Below, piece by piece: positions 1 to 9,299 of a DNA stretch of 64,000 bases. The first letter of the stretch is position 1; each line of letters opens with the position of its first letter. Source of the stretch: an uncultured Clostridia bacterium (lineage in GTDB: Bacteria; Bacillota; Clostridia; Christensenellales; UBA1242); the NCBI GenBank assembly GCA_944384375.1, contig CALWTE010000017.1:1344-65343 (forward strand), written 5' to 3'. The translations under genes were made by a program, and so were the position numbers. The notes under the pieces are model-generated. The model was given only the letters and a program-made list of their open reading frames with translations, was not told the DNA's origin and made no database searches.

Positions 1-168
1 AAGAATTACCCGCAAGAATTAAAAATTAATCAACGAAAAACAAAGTTCATTTTATTTATAAAAACATAAAAAATACAGGTATATTGCTAAAAATTGCAGG
101 AAAATGCTTAATTTTTACAGTATTATGCATATATTATGCATTTGTGTAATACTTAAAAGGAAATAGAA

Positions 169-645
169 ATGAAACACTTAAAGCACAATATTTCGCCAAT
201 ATTTAATAAAAACAGCAAAATTCTAATACTCGGTTCTTTTCCTTCACCAAAATCACGTGAAAATGAAATTTTTTACGGAAATCCACAGAACCGCTTTTGG
301 CTAGTTTTAGCAAAATTATTTAACGAACCCACCCCAGAGACCAAAACAGACAAAATAGACTTTTTATTAAAACACAAAATAGCACTATGGGACGTGGTGG
401 CAGAATGTATTATCCGGGGCGCAAGCGATTGCACTATAAAAAATGCAAAACCTAACGATTTAAATATTATTTTTAAAAAAGCAAATATTTCGGCCGTATT
501 TACGACAGGCAAAACGGCAACAAAACTATACAAACAATTTTTCAATAAAGAAAGCATATATTTACCTTCACCCAGTCCAGCAAATTTTGCATATAATTTT
601 GAAAAATTAGTTGTAGAATACAGTAAAATCTTAAAATTTTTATAA
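169..645 (+). CDS. Uracil-DNA glycosylase superfamily protein, deoxyinosine/hypoxanthine-DNA glycosylase-like
   Basis: 158-aa ORF. N-terminal 'ILILGSFPSPKS..YGNPQNRFW' resembles UDG family-6-type motifs. RBS aaaggaaatagaaATG. Hairpin terminator follows. Confidence 0.6.
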   Translation: MKHLKHNISPIFNKNSKILILGSFPSPKSRENEIFYGNPQNRFWLVLAKLFNEPTPETKTDKIDFLLKHKIALWDVVAECIIRGASDCTIKNAKPNDLNIIFKKANISAVFTTGKTATKLYKQFFNKESIYLPSPSPANFAYNFEKLVVEYSKILKFL

Positions 646-664
646 AAAACACAATTTTTTAAAG

Positions 665-702
665 AAAAAACAGCATTTTTCACCGAAATGCTGTTTTTTG
701 TT
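665..702. terminator. Rho-independent terminator hairpin (aacagcat/atgctgtt) flanked by A- and T-runs, between convergent genes
   Basis: 8-bp stem at 669-676/688-695 followed by TTTTTT; an A-run upstream makes it potentially bidirectional. Confidence 0.6.
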
Positions 703-773
703 ATAGCAATAAAAATACTACCTTACATTAAAAACTTAATTTAATAAATATAAAGAGCATTATTTGAATAATT

Positions 774-1343
774 CTAGAGTTTTTCTTGAGAAATAGAAGT
801 TTTTTCCTGTGTTGCCTTTTTTTCGTGCTTTTCCTTCTCTAGTCTTTCCACATACGCACAATGTTTAATCAAATCTGCCATTTTGTCTGTTTGCTCTTTA
901 TTTAGTTCGCTACCTATATCACAACAAACATTTTTAAAGCGTCTATGATTTTCCCTATATGAATTAATACGCGAAACCAACGAGATAGCCATACACGCGC
1001 CCAAAATTCCACTCCCACTTGCCACAATATTTGCAACATAACTTGTATCTAAATAATCGTTTAGTGCATAAGCAACGTACAAAGGAGCAACTGTCGCTAC
1101 CAATCTCGTAAAAAAGGCCATATCTTCTTGTCTTCTATCTTTGGTTACTTCAGCAATTTTTTCAAACTGTATCTTTTTATTAATATTATAATTTTTATCT
1201 ATTATTTCTTGAAAACGTCGCAAATCTGTAGGTGTTTTTATTGATTTTATAATTTTTTTTCCATTGCGATAACTCTGTTCACGTTCTATAGTTTTTTTAA
1301 TAAAAAAATAAATTTCTTTTTTCTGGTTATCTAAATACTTCAT
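774..1343 (-). CDS. Hypothetical membrane protein
   Basis: 189-aa ORF with RBS ggggaaaagataATG; two hydrophobic segments in the middle; no family recognised. Confidence 0.5.
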   Translation of the reverse strand: MKYLDNQKKEIYFFIKKTIEREQSYRNGKKIIKSIKTPTDLRRFQEIIDKNYNINKKIQFEKIAEVTKDRRQEDMAFFTRLVATVAPLYVAYALNDYLDTSYVANIVASGSGILGACMAISLVSRINSYRENHRRFKNVCCDIGSELNKEQTDKMADLIKHCAYVERLEKEKHEKKATQEKTSISQEKL

Positions 1344-1688
1344 TATCTTTTCCCCAAAAAATTTGATTTTTACTTATCTAAAATTTTATTTATTATACCA
1401 TAAAAATGATTAAAAGTCAAATTGTACCATTTTTCACACCTTTTAATAATTTCATAACCATTATACTATACGAAAATACAAAAATAGTATAAATAAAATT
1501 TACAAAAACAAAAAAGAGATATATTTCAATCTCTCTATGTAGAATTTTCCCCATTAAACACCACGATAATTAATGTAGTAATTATACCAAAAATACTTAA
1601 AAAATCAACTTTAAAATGCTATTTATTTTAAATAATAATATCAAGAAATATCAAAGTCAGCAAAATTACTTTTAAAAAACCACAAAGC

Positions 1689-1808
1689 AAAAAATCTGCA
1701 AGATTACTTTAAAAAACTAAAAAATATTATTAAAAATAGCAAAAATTAATCAAAATTAAATCAAAATACACTAAAAATACGAAAAAATCATTAAAAAATC
1801 GTTAAAAA
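1689..1808 (+). repeat. Helically phased A-tract array (A4-A6 tracts, about 10-11 bp period)
   Basis: A-tract starts at 1732, 1741, 1752, 1763, 1773, 1782, 1793 and 1804, giving spacings of 9-11 bp. Confidence 0.8.
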
Positions 1809-1838
1809 TTGATAAATTTTAGCAAATTTTAATAAAAA

Positions 1839-3209
1839 TTACTTCTTAATAGGCATTTTATAAAATGTTTTATAACAGCGGTATGCTTCGTAAATATCTA
1901 CTTTGCTAGTAATTTCCCAAGGTGCGTGCATATTAAGGACAGGCACGCCCGCGTCAATAATATTCATACCATACATAGCCATAATGTACGCAATTGTTCC
2001 GCCACCACCTTCATCTACTTTGCCCATCTCGTTTGCTTGATAAGTTACGCCTTCATCGTCCATAGCACGTCTCAGTTGCGCAATAAATTCAGGATTAGCG
2101 TCATTTGCGCCATATTTTCCACCCGAACCTGTATATTTGTTGAAACTAATACCCTTTGCCAAATGTGCGTCTGTTGCTAGGTTAAATGGCGCAAGATAAT
2201 TAGGGTCAATGCCAGCGGTAACATCACTAGACAACATATTTGCCCTGTTTAGCGCCCGGCGAATGCCTAATTCACTGTATTGCCCGCAAAGATTCATAAT
2301 TTCTACCAAACAATTTTCAAAATACTTACTGCGAATACCAGTCGCACCCGTACTGCCCACTTCTTCCTTGTCTACCAAAATACACATAGCCGAAAATTCA
2401 GGGGCTTCACATTCCAAAATCGCTTTCAGCGCCGTATAAGCACAAACCCTGTCGTCTTGTCCGTACCCCATAATCATACTGCTATCAAGCCCAAAATCAC
2501 GCGCCTTGCCAGCAGGTACTATTTCAATTTCGGCAGAGAAAAAGTCGTCTTCTGTGATATTTTTCTTCTTCAAAACTTCCAAAACGAAGTCCTTAAACTT
2601 GTCTTTTTTCGCCTTTGGATTAGCAATATTGCCTGCAATTATATTCAAATCTTCGCCTTTTATGTCTTTTTTGTCGTCCTTTTGCAAGTGCGGTAGCAAA
2701 TCGCTAAAACCAACCACTGCATCGTCATTTTCGCCCATCACGATATCGGTAGTACTACCATCTTTACGCACAACCACCCCGTGCAAAGCCATAGGCTGGG
2801 TCGTCCATTGATATTTTTTGATTCCACCATAATAATGCGTATCTAGCATACAAAAGCCAGCACTTTCGTAAAAAGGTTTGGCTTTTAAATCTATTCTAGG
2901 CGAATCAATATGCGCACCGATAATATTTACCCCGTATTCAATCGGTTGTTTACCCACAATAAACAACACAATTGCTTTGTTCATATTCACACCATAAACC
3001 TTGTCGCCAGGTTTTAATTTTTTAGTTGAATGTGAATTCATTAATTTTTCAAGCGAGACAAAACCTTTTTCTTCCGCGTGTTTTATAGCAAATTTAATGC
3101 ATTCACGCTCCGTTTTGCAAGTGCTTAAAAAATCTTTATAGCCCGCACAAAAATCTTCCACAGGCTTTCTTTTATCTCCCGAATATTTTTCCCAAAGATT
3201 TGTTTCCAT
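1839..3209 (-). CDS. M18-family aminopeptidase (aminopeptidase 1 / aspartyl aminopeptidase-like)
   Basis: 456-aa ORF; 'GAHIDSPRIDLKAKP', 'DTHYYGGIKKYQW' and a C-terminal 'NMHAPWE' are typical of M18 peptidases. Strong RBS aaaaggagaaattttATG. Confidence 0.75.
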   Translation of the reverse strand: METNLWEKYSGDKRKPVEDFCAGYKDFLSTCKTERECIKFAIKHAEEKGFVSLEKLMNSHSTKKLKPGDKVYGVNMNKAIVLFIVGKQPIEYGVNIIGAHIDSPRIDLKAKPFYESAGFCMLDTHYYGGIKKYQWTTQPMALHGVVVRKDGSTTDIVMGENDDAVVGFSDLLPHLQKDDKKDIKGEDLNIIAGNIANPKAKKDKFKDFVLEVLKKKNITEDDFFSAEIEIVPAGKARDFGLDSSMIMGYGQDDRVCAYTALKAILECEAPEFSAMCILVDKEEVGSTGATGIRSKYFENCLVEIMNLCGQYSELGIRRALNRANMLSSDVTAGIDPNYLAPFNLATDAHLAKGISFNKYTGSGGKYGANDANPEFIAQLRRAMDDEGVTYQANEMGKVDEGGGGTIAYIMAMYGMNIIDAGVPVLNMHAPWEITSKVDIYEAYRCYKTFYKMPIKK

Positions 3210-3305
3210 AAAATTTCTCCTTTTAATAGAGTTATTATATACAAAAATTCAATTTTAGTAAAGAAAAAGCGTAAAAGGTACATAAAAATTGATAAAAACA
3301 CTAAA

Positions 3306-3581
3306 ATGAACTGAACCCCATTTGGGGTACTTGAGAAAAAAAGACTTTTATGTTATAATACACTCCAAAATATTTGGAGTGTATTTTTTTTATGGCAAGC
3401 AAAGGACAAAAGTTTAATTCTTGTTCACTAGAACTTACACAAACTATTATTAATAAATATTTAAATAAATATAGCACAACAAGAATAAAGAACAAGCACT
3501 AGCATATTATGCTAGTGCTTATATAGAACCGAACATTAATAGTCTTTTTTATTTGTGTCTACTATTTGGGGTTCAGTTCAT
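3306..3581. mobile_element. 276-bp element bounded by perfect 15-bp terminal inverted repeats (ATGAACTGAACCCCA); MITE-like or small-RNA locus
   Basis: 3306-3320 is the exact reverse complement of 3567-3581. The interior holds a consensus promoter and two perfect hairpins (3358-3384, 3494-3520). Confidence 0.35.
3331..3359 (+). promoter_or_regulatory. Near-consensus sigma-A promoter TTGAGA-N17-TATAAT with TGn extension
   Basis: -35 at 3331-3336 and -10 at 3354-3359, preceded by TGT. The hairpin acactccaaa/tttggagtgt plus a T8 run starts within about 5 nt of the -10. Confidence 0.55.
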
Positions 3582-3612
3582 AACACATTTTTTAATTTTT
3601 AAAATTAATATG

Positions 3613-4012
3613 CCATTCCTTCATTTTCAATTTTCAATTTTCAATTACCGCCGAAACATAAGAATAAAAGCCAAATAAAAACGATTGAGTAGGAGTTTCA
3701 GTCGGTCTACGGCGGTCTACGACAGTGAAGTTTTCAAGTAAAGAACAAAAAAAGGCATAAGAATATTAATATGATTTAAATATCCCTTGCCTTCATTTTC
3801 AATTACTGCTACACAAAACGTGTATTGCTTGTCTTTTATTACCTAAACATAAAGAGTAACAAAAGGAATTAAAATATTTTATATTAATTAAATATATTTC
3901 AGCTTTAACTTTCAATTTTCAATTTGCAATTTTCAATTCCGCCGTGATTTAATAATGAATAAAAATAATAAAATAAAGTTAGTAGGCGGTGAAGTTTTCA
4001 ATTTTCAATTAC
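3613..4012 (+). repeat. Three copies of a TTTTCAAT-repeat structured element (about 3613-3745, 3784-3830, 3899-4012)
   Basis: Each copy starts with (c)cttcaTTTTCAATTTTCAATTTTCAATT, followed by a CCGCC..GGCGG or CTACAC..GTGTA stem, then gaagTTTTCAATT. Homologous to 9191-9299 (reverse orientation) and 57476-57545. Confidence 0.8.
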
Positions 4013-4031
4013 CAAAAACTGCGTTTTTTGG

Positions 4032-6554
4032 TTAAATTTCGTACCACGATTTGCCGATGTCTATTTCCACTGGCAAAGGTACGTGGAGTTTTACCACGTT
4101 TTCCATTTTATCACGCACAAGTTCACGCACGGTTGCCACTTCTTCTTCGGGAACGTCTAGGATAAGTTCGTCATGAATTTGCAGTACAATTTTTGCCTTT
4201 AAATTCCGTTCTTTTATGGCTTTGTCCACGCTCAGCATGGCGATTTTAATAATATCGCTAGCCGTACCTTGCAGTGGCATATTCATTGCCGCCCGTTCGC
4301 TGAATTTCGGGTCTCGTGATTTTGGAACGACGTTCTCAAAGTTCCTAATGCGTCCAAAAAGCGTGGTAACTCTGTTTGTTTCTTTATATTCCTGCACGCT
4401 ACTATCCAAAAACTGCCTAATTGTTGGGTAAGTTTCAAAATACCTATCAATGTAATTTTTGGCTTGCGCGGTGGAAATACCTAGATTTTGCGCCAGTCCA
4501 AAAGGCGAAATACCATAAATTATACCGAAGTTTACCGCCTTTGCGCTCCTACGCATTTGCGGGGTAACTTCCGCTAAATCAACACCAAAAATCTGCGCCG
4601 CCGTGATTGCGTGAATATCCTTGCCCGTCTTATACGCCTCCACAAGCACGGGGTCGTTAGAATAATGCGCGAGCAACCTAAGTTCAATCTGACTATAGTC
4701 TGCACTAAGCAACTGGCACCCGCTGGAAGCCACAAACATCTTGCGAATTTCCCTACCTTCTTCTGTCCTAATAGGAATATTTTGCAAGTTCGGTTCGTTA
4801 CTACTCAACCTGCCCGTAACCGTGGTTGTTTGGTTAAACTGCGTGTGAATCTTGCCGTCTGGCTTGATATACTGGCGCATACCTTCAATGTATGTGGAAT
4901 TTAATTTAGAAATGGTGCGGTAACGCAAGATTTCTTCAATTATCGGGTGGCGTCCACGCAAACTCTCTAACACGTCTACGTTTGTAGAATGTTTGCGGTT
5001 GTTTCCGTCTGGCAAGTGAAGTTTATCAAACAAGATTGCCGCCAACTGTTTTGGACTGTTTAGATTAAAATCTTGCCCCGCTAGTTTATATACTTTTTGG
5101 CGAATTGTTTCCATTTCGGCCTTGTATTTCGGCTCTAATTCGTCTAAAATTTTGGTGTTAATCGTGATGCCCGTCTTTTCCATTTCGTACAGCACGCGCA
5201 CGAGCGGAAGTTCAATTTCGTCATATAATTTGGTTAAATTGCGGCTTTTCATTCCCGCTTTTGCAAAGTTCCAACCGTTAATTAGTCCCGTACCCAAATG
5301 GTTAATCGGCAAGTCCAAAAATTCCAGCATAGGCTCTGGCCTATCTTCCTTTATGTTGCTGTTAATCAAATAAACGGCTAGTGGCACGTCCAAAAACTTC
5401 GCTTTTAGGCTGATATTTAGCGCATCGCTGATTTTATAAATCAACTTTAAATTATACACCAGCACGGTACTTTGCGGGTTTTCAAAGATTTCTCTAAACT
5501 TGCTAACCACCAAATCACGGCTAAAACCGAGCAAGTCCACAGTGTAGTTTGTTTTGTTATCAAAAGCGAATTGCACGGTGTCTTTGTCCACGCTAAAACC
5601 TATCAAGTTTGCCTTATTTTCCGCCAAAACCTGCTCCAAATTGCCTACTTCCACACCAACATTTGCGCTTTCCACTTGAATCTCAGCCGTATCGGTATTT
5701 TTAAACAATTCGGCACGTCTAATCAAACTGCGGAACTCATACTTTTTAAAGATTTCCAGCACTTCATTGCTCCACGGAAAGCGAACGCGCACTTGCTCTT
5801 TTGTCGCGGTTATGTCTGCGTTTGTGCGAATAGTCGCCAAATCGTAACTAAGGTAGCACAAGTCCTTGCCTTCGGTGAGTTTTGTCTGCAATTTGCCCGC
5901 GATTTTGTCTACATTCGCGTAAATATTGTCCACCGTGCCGTACTCTTGTAAAAGAGCAAGTGCTGTTTTTTCGCCCACTCCTGGCACACCTGGAATATTA
6001 TCACTGCTATCCCCCATAAGCGCCTTTAAATCAATAATTTGGCTAGGTCGCAGATGCCATTCTTGCGGAAAAGTCTCCGTATTCATAACGACAATTTCGC
6101 TAAGCCCGTGTTTAGTGAGCCAAACTTCAGTATTTTTGTTAATCAACTGCAGACAGTCCCTATCCCCAGTAACTATAATATTCTGCACATCGGGGAACTT
6201 CTGCGCCATTGTGCCTATAATGTCGTCCGCTTCTATGCCGAGTTTCTCCAAAATGCAGATATTCATTTTCTGCAAAATTTCTTTAAGCAGGGGCAACTGA
6301 AAAGCCAAATCTTCGGGCATACCCTTTCGGGTTGCCTTGTATTCAGCGTACAACTCATTTCTAAAAGTCTTGCGCCCCGCATCAAAAGCCACACACAAGT
6401 ATTCGGGGGTGTTTTCACTCAGTAATTTTGATAAGATATTTACAAAACCATACACCGCGTTATAGTTTTTGCCATCACTAGCACGCAATGGCGGTAAGGC
6501 ATAAAAAGCCCTGTTAATTAGGCTATTGCCGTCAATAATTACAAATTTTTCCAT
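4032..6554 (-). CDS. polA: DNA polymerase I
   Basis: The 5'-nuclease N-terminus ('FVIIDGNSLINRAFYA', 'GDSSDNIPGVPGVGEKTA') and polymerase motifs ('LSADYSQIELRLLAH', 'RRSAKAVNFGIIYG', 'QIHDELI') are present. I place the start at ATG 6554 rather than TTG 6590. Confidence 0.95.
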   Translation of the reverse strand: MEKFVIIDGNSLINRAFYALPPLRASDGKNYNAVYGFVNILSKLLSENTPEYLCVAFDAGRKTFRNELYAEYKATRKGMPEDLAFQLPLLKEILQKMNICILEKLGIEADDIIGTMAQKFPDVQNIIVTGDRDCLQLINKNTEVWLTKHGLSEIVVMNTETFPQEWHLRPSQIIDLKALMGDSSDNIPGVPGVGEKTALALLQEYGTVDNIYANVDKIAGKLQTKLTEGKDLCYLSYDLATIRTNADITATKEQVRVRFPWSNEVLEIFKKYEFRSLIRRAELFKNTDTAEIQVESANVGVEVGNLEQVLAENKANLIGFSVDKDTVQFAFDNKTNYTVDLLGFSRDLVVSKFREIFENPQSTVLVYNLKLIYKISDALNISLKAKFLDVPLAVYLINSNIKEDRPEPMLEFLDLPINHLGTGLINGWNFAKAGMKSRNLTKLYDEIELPLVRVLYEMEKTGITINTKILDELEPKYKAEMETIRQKVYKLAGQDFNLNSPKQLAAILFDKLHLPDGNNRKHSTNVDVLESLRGRHPIIEEILRYRTISKLNSTYIEGMRQYIKPDGKIHTQFNQTTTVTGRLSSNEPNLQNIPIRTEEGREIRKMFVASSGCQLLSADYSQIELRLLAHYSNDPVLVEAYKTGKDIHAITAAQIFGVDLAEVTPQMRRSAKAVNFGIIYGISPFGLAQNLGISTAQAKNYIDRYFETYPTIRQFLDSSVQEYKETNRVTTLFGRIRNFENVVPKSRDPKFSERAAMNMPLQGTASDIIKIAMLSVDKAIKERNLKAKIVLQIHDELILDVPEEEVATVRELVRDKMENVVKLHVPLPVEIDIGKSWYEI

Positions 6555-6684
6555 AGAAATAATTATACCCAAAAACAGCCCATTTAACAAGCGAATAGGA
6601 CAACAATTTATTAAATATTTTAAACTTTATTTACACATTATGTGTAATAATTATTCCTTATTTCTATTTATAAAATTATATAAA

Positions 6685-6712
6685 GTACGTGTCAACAATT
6701 GTTGACACGTAC
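6685..6712. repeat. Perfect 28-bp palindrome GTACGTGTCAACAATTGTTGACACGTAC (copy 1 of 2)
   Basis: Self-complementary over all 28 bp. Carries outward-facing TTGACA hexamers. The second copy is at 39673-39700. Confidence 0.9.
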
Positions 6713-6776
6713 TAAGATGTTTAATCTTTTATATCTAATATTATATAATCTAATTAAAATTAATTTAACATTTATT

Positions 6777-7613
6777 TTAGCCTTGATTTGTGTATATTTT
6801 TCCAATAACAAGAATTTTGTCTAGGCCTTCTATTTTGGTAAAGTCACTGTATACGTCGCCACCTACCACGCACAAATCACCTAAACTGTTTATTCGTGCA
6901 TCTTCCATTTTTAAATCGCCACCTATTAACTTAATATGCCCTAAAGTAGGTATTTCTTTGTGAGTAGTCCAATAAGAATTCCAGCCAATCACAGCATCAC
7001 CGCAAATAATTTCCAACTGCCCCATAGACTTATCATAGCAATCTACAAGGTCACTACCGTCAACACACGCAAAAAACTCCGCATTTCCACCGATACACCT
7101 AAGGTTGCCCAGCCCCGCTAACCCCGCAAGGCATACGTCACCCAAAACAACAGTATACGGGCAAACTTCACCTTCACGCTCATAACTCAAAGTCAAACTA
7201 TACGCACTCTCTACCTGCTGGCCTTTTGTTAAATCTTTCGCGTTTGGGAACGTTTCGTTAAACTTATCCATGACAGGCTCAGGGTCACAACTTTCCATAC
7301 CTGTGATTGCCCTGTTGTAGTTTCCTAAGCAAATTTCACTTTCCTTGCATTTAAAAAACTCTGCAATTTGTGGCAAAATAAGCGGAAGCCTGCGCTTAAT
7401 TTCTTCGCGATAATCTTTTGTTATGTCTTTCGTATCAAACATATTTTCTGGATTACTTGCTACAAAAATAGGGTTTGCGATATCTAGCATTAGATTTAGC
7501 ACGTCTGCTGTTTTAAAAGTTTTGTTATCTATATCGCGAATGTACTTTTGCAACCTGCTAATTTTATCTTTTTTATTTGAAAGCAGTTGAATTGCTTCAT
7601 TAATACTTGCCAT
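6777..7613 (-). CDS. Hypothetical protein with C-terminal GD-containing short repeats
   Basis: 278-aa ORF with RBS gaaggtaacattATG. The C-terminal half shows recurring 'xIGGD/VLGD/ICGD' units. No family recognised. Confidence 0.5.
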   Translation of the reverse strand: MASINEAIQLLSNKKDKISRLQKYIRDIDNKTFKTADVLNLMLDIANPIFVASNPENMFDTKDITKDYREEIKRRLPLILPQIAEFFKCKESEICLGNYNRAITGMESCDPEPVMDKFNETFPNAKDLTKGQQVESAYSLTLSYEREGEVCPYTVVLGDVCLAGLAGLGNLRCIGGNAEFFACVDGSDLVDCYDKSMGQLEIICGDAVIGWNSYWTTHKEIPTLGHIKLIGGDLKMEDARINSLGDLCVVGGDVYSDFTKIEGLDKILVIGKIYTNQG

Positions 7614-7994
7614 AATGTTACCTTCTCTAAAATTTTTCTTGTATAATATTACACGAATAAATTAAAATTTTCAAGTGGTTTTTTTTAATATTTTGTTGCA
7701 CTTTTTTCTATGCTTTTTACAATCGGCTAGAAAGAATTTACTTACACCACTTCTATTTTTAATATATAATAATTTTAACTTATAAACTTTTATTTTTACT
7801 TTATCGAGTTATACACTTTTTGCAAGAAAGTTTAACAAATTGAACATTTGTCTAATTTTTTGGCATTTTGGTTTGTTTATTTGCGTTTTTTATCTAAAAA
7901 TTTTAAAAATTGTAGCGAAATTTGTTATTATATTTTGCTTTAATTGTGCTATACTAATGTTGAGAAAAAGAAAAATTTTTTAGGGGGTATTTTT

Positions 7995-9035
7995 ATGGCT
8001 GAAAATAACGGCAAAATCATAGTTACTGGGGCTGCTGGGCATATTGGCAACGTGTTGATTCGTGAGTTAAATAAAGCGGGCAAAAAAGTTACTGCACTTG
8101 CTTTGCCTGGCGAAGATGTGTCGCCTTTAAATGGGCTAGACGTAAACATTGTTTATGGAGACGTTACACAACGCGAATTTGTGTTTAATTTTATAAATCA
8201 GGGTGACATTGTTTTTCATTTGGCGGGAATTATTGATATCGGGGTAATCCCCGAAGAAAAAGTGCGCCATGTGAACGTAGACGGCACGAAAAATATTGTG
8301 GACGCGTGCGTAGAAAACAAGGCGCAAAAGTTAATTTACACTAGTACAGTGCATATTATAGACCCGCAAAAGCAAGGCGATGTTTTGTTAGAACCTACCA
8401 CCTTTGATTCAAGCAAAGTAGTGGGAATTTACGCAAAAACCAAAATTGAAGCAACCGAATATATTTTCAATGCCTGCAAGGAAAGAGGCTTGAATGCCGT
8501 TGTGGTTTACCCGTCTGGAGTGCTGGGGCCGTATGATTATAAAATCTCCGAATTAGGCCAGGTAGTGCTAGATTATATGAATCACAAATTGTTAGCATAT
8601 ATAAAAGGCGGATATAACTTTGTGGACGTGCGTGACGTGGCTGCTGCCATGGTTTCGGCTATGGACAATGGCAGGGCTGGTGAAGGTTATATTTTGAGCG
8701 GAAGTGTCGTCTCACTAAAAGAATTACTTACTATAATTAACCGAAAAATCGGCAGAAAGGACTTGCCTCCCAAACTTGCACTAGGATTTGTACGAGCATT
8801 TGCTGGAATAAGCAATTTTTATTACAAAGTGCGTGGCAAAAAACCCGTTTTTAGTAAATATTCGCTCTATACATTGAATTCAAATTGTAATTTTAGTAAC
8901 GAAAAAGCACGCAAAGAACTGGGCTTTAACCCACGCAGTGCCGAAGAAAGCATAAACGATTCAGTGGACTGGTTTATAGAAAATAAGCCCGATTTAATAA
9001 ACTTTAAGAAATTCGCCGCAAAAACAACAAAATAA
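7995..9035 (+). CDS. NAD-dependent epimerase/dehydratase (extended SDR family)
   Basis: 'KIIVTGAAGHIGNVLIREL' Rossmann motif and 'YAKTK' catalytic YxxxK. Start moved to ATG 7995, behind RBS taggggg. Confidence 0.8.
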   Translation: MAENNGKIIVTGAAGHIGNVLIRELNKAGKKVTALALPGEDVSPLNGLDVNIVYGDVTQREFVFNFINQGDIVFHLAGIIDIGVIPEEKVRHVNVDGTKNIVDACVENKAQKLIYTSTVHIIDPQKQGDVLLEPTTFDSSKVVGIYAKTKIEATEYIFNACKERGLNAVVVYPSGVLGPYDYKISELGQVVLDYMNHKLLAYIKGGYNFVDVRDVAAAMVSAMDNGRAGEGYILSGSVVSLKELLTIINRKIGRKDLPPKLALGFVRAFAGISNFYYKVRGKKPVFSKYSLYTLNSNCNFSNEKARKELGFNPRSAEESINDSVDWFIENKPDLINFKKFAAKTTK

Positions 9036-9065
9036 AATTGTTTTAATCCTTCAACTCAAAATGTT

Positions 9066-9299
9066 TTTGCGGAATTGAAAATTGAAAAAGGGGGAGTGTT
9101 TTGCTGGCACTTCCGTTTTTTTTTGTTTATGTCCGCTTATAACCACCCAATAAACTAATTTTGTTTTGCTTTTGTCCGTTTGATAATGGTGGTAATTGAA
9201 AATCGTAACCGCCTGCTAACTTTATTTAATTATACTATTCCGTTTTAATTCACGGCGGTAATTGAAAATTGAAAATTGAAAATTGAAAGTTAAGGCTGC
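9066..9299 (-). repeat. TTTTCAAT-repeat structured element, reverse orientation (main copy 9191-9299)
   Basis: The reverse complement of 9191-9299 aligns with 3899-4012: cagcYttaactttcaattttcaatt..caattMccgccgtga..aataaagttagYaggcggt..ttttcaattacc. Confidence 0.8.
9092..9125 (+). terminator. Rho-independent terminator downstream of the epimerase gene
   Basis: Stem gggagtg/cacttcc (one G-U pair) followed by a T9 run. Confidence 0.6.

Noticed and set aside
3301-3495. 64-aa hydrophobic ORF inside the TIR-bounded element, considered as a possible type I toxin
   Set aside because: It has a TTG start buried in a perfect hairpin and no RBS. It is mentioned only as a low-probability alternative in the finding.
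3562-3585. ggggttcagttcat considered as a tRNA T-arm fragment
   Set aside because: There is no cloverleaf, no acceptor stem and no GTTCGAATC-type T-loop. The sequence is the right terminal inverted repeat of the 3306-3581 element.
3613-4012. TTTTCAAT repeats, and the 12-bp tandem array at 59944-60016, considered as CRISPR arrays
   Set aside because: The repeat units are 8-12 bp and contiguous, without unique spacers of about 30 bp, and there are no cas genes in the window.
4216-6425. Multiple 70-160-aa ORFs antisense to polA, and similar ORFs antisense to the aminopeptidase, mnmE, gyrA, gyrB, the 1506-aa protein and the AT-hook gene
   Set aside because: They are fully embedded opposite strongly supported conserved genes, lack RBSs and have low-complexity or odd compositions. 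These are typical shadow ORFs.
6685-6712. 28-bp palindrome considered as a dif (XerCD) site or a LexA/Cheo box
   Set aside because: dif sites are asymmetric with a conserved central hexamer, and I recall no resemblance here. The Cheo box GAAC-N4-GTTC is absent. Two copies 33 kb apart also argue against dif.
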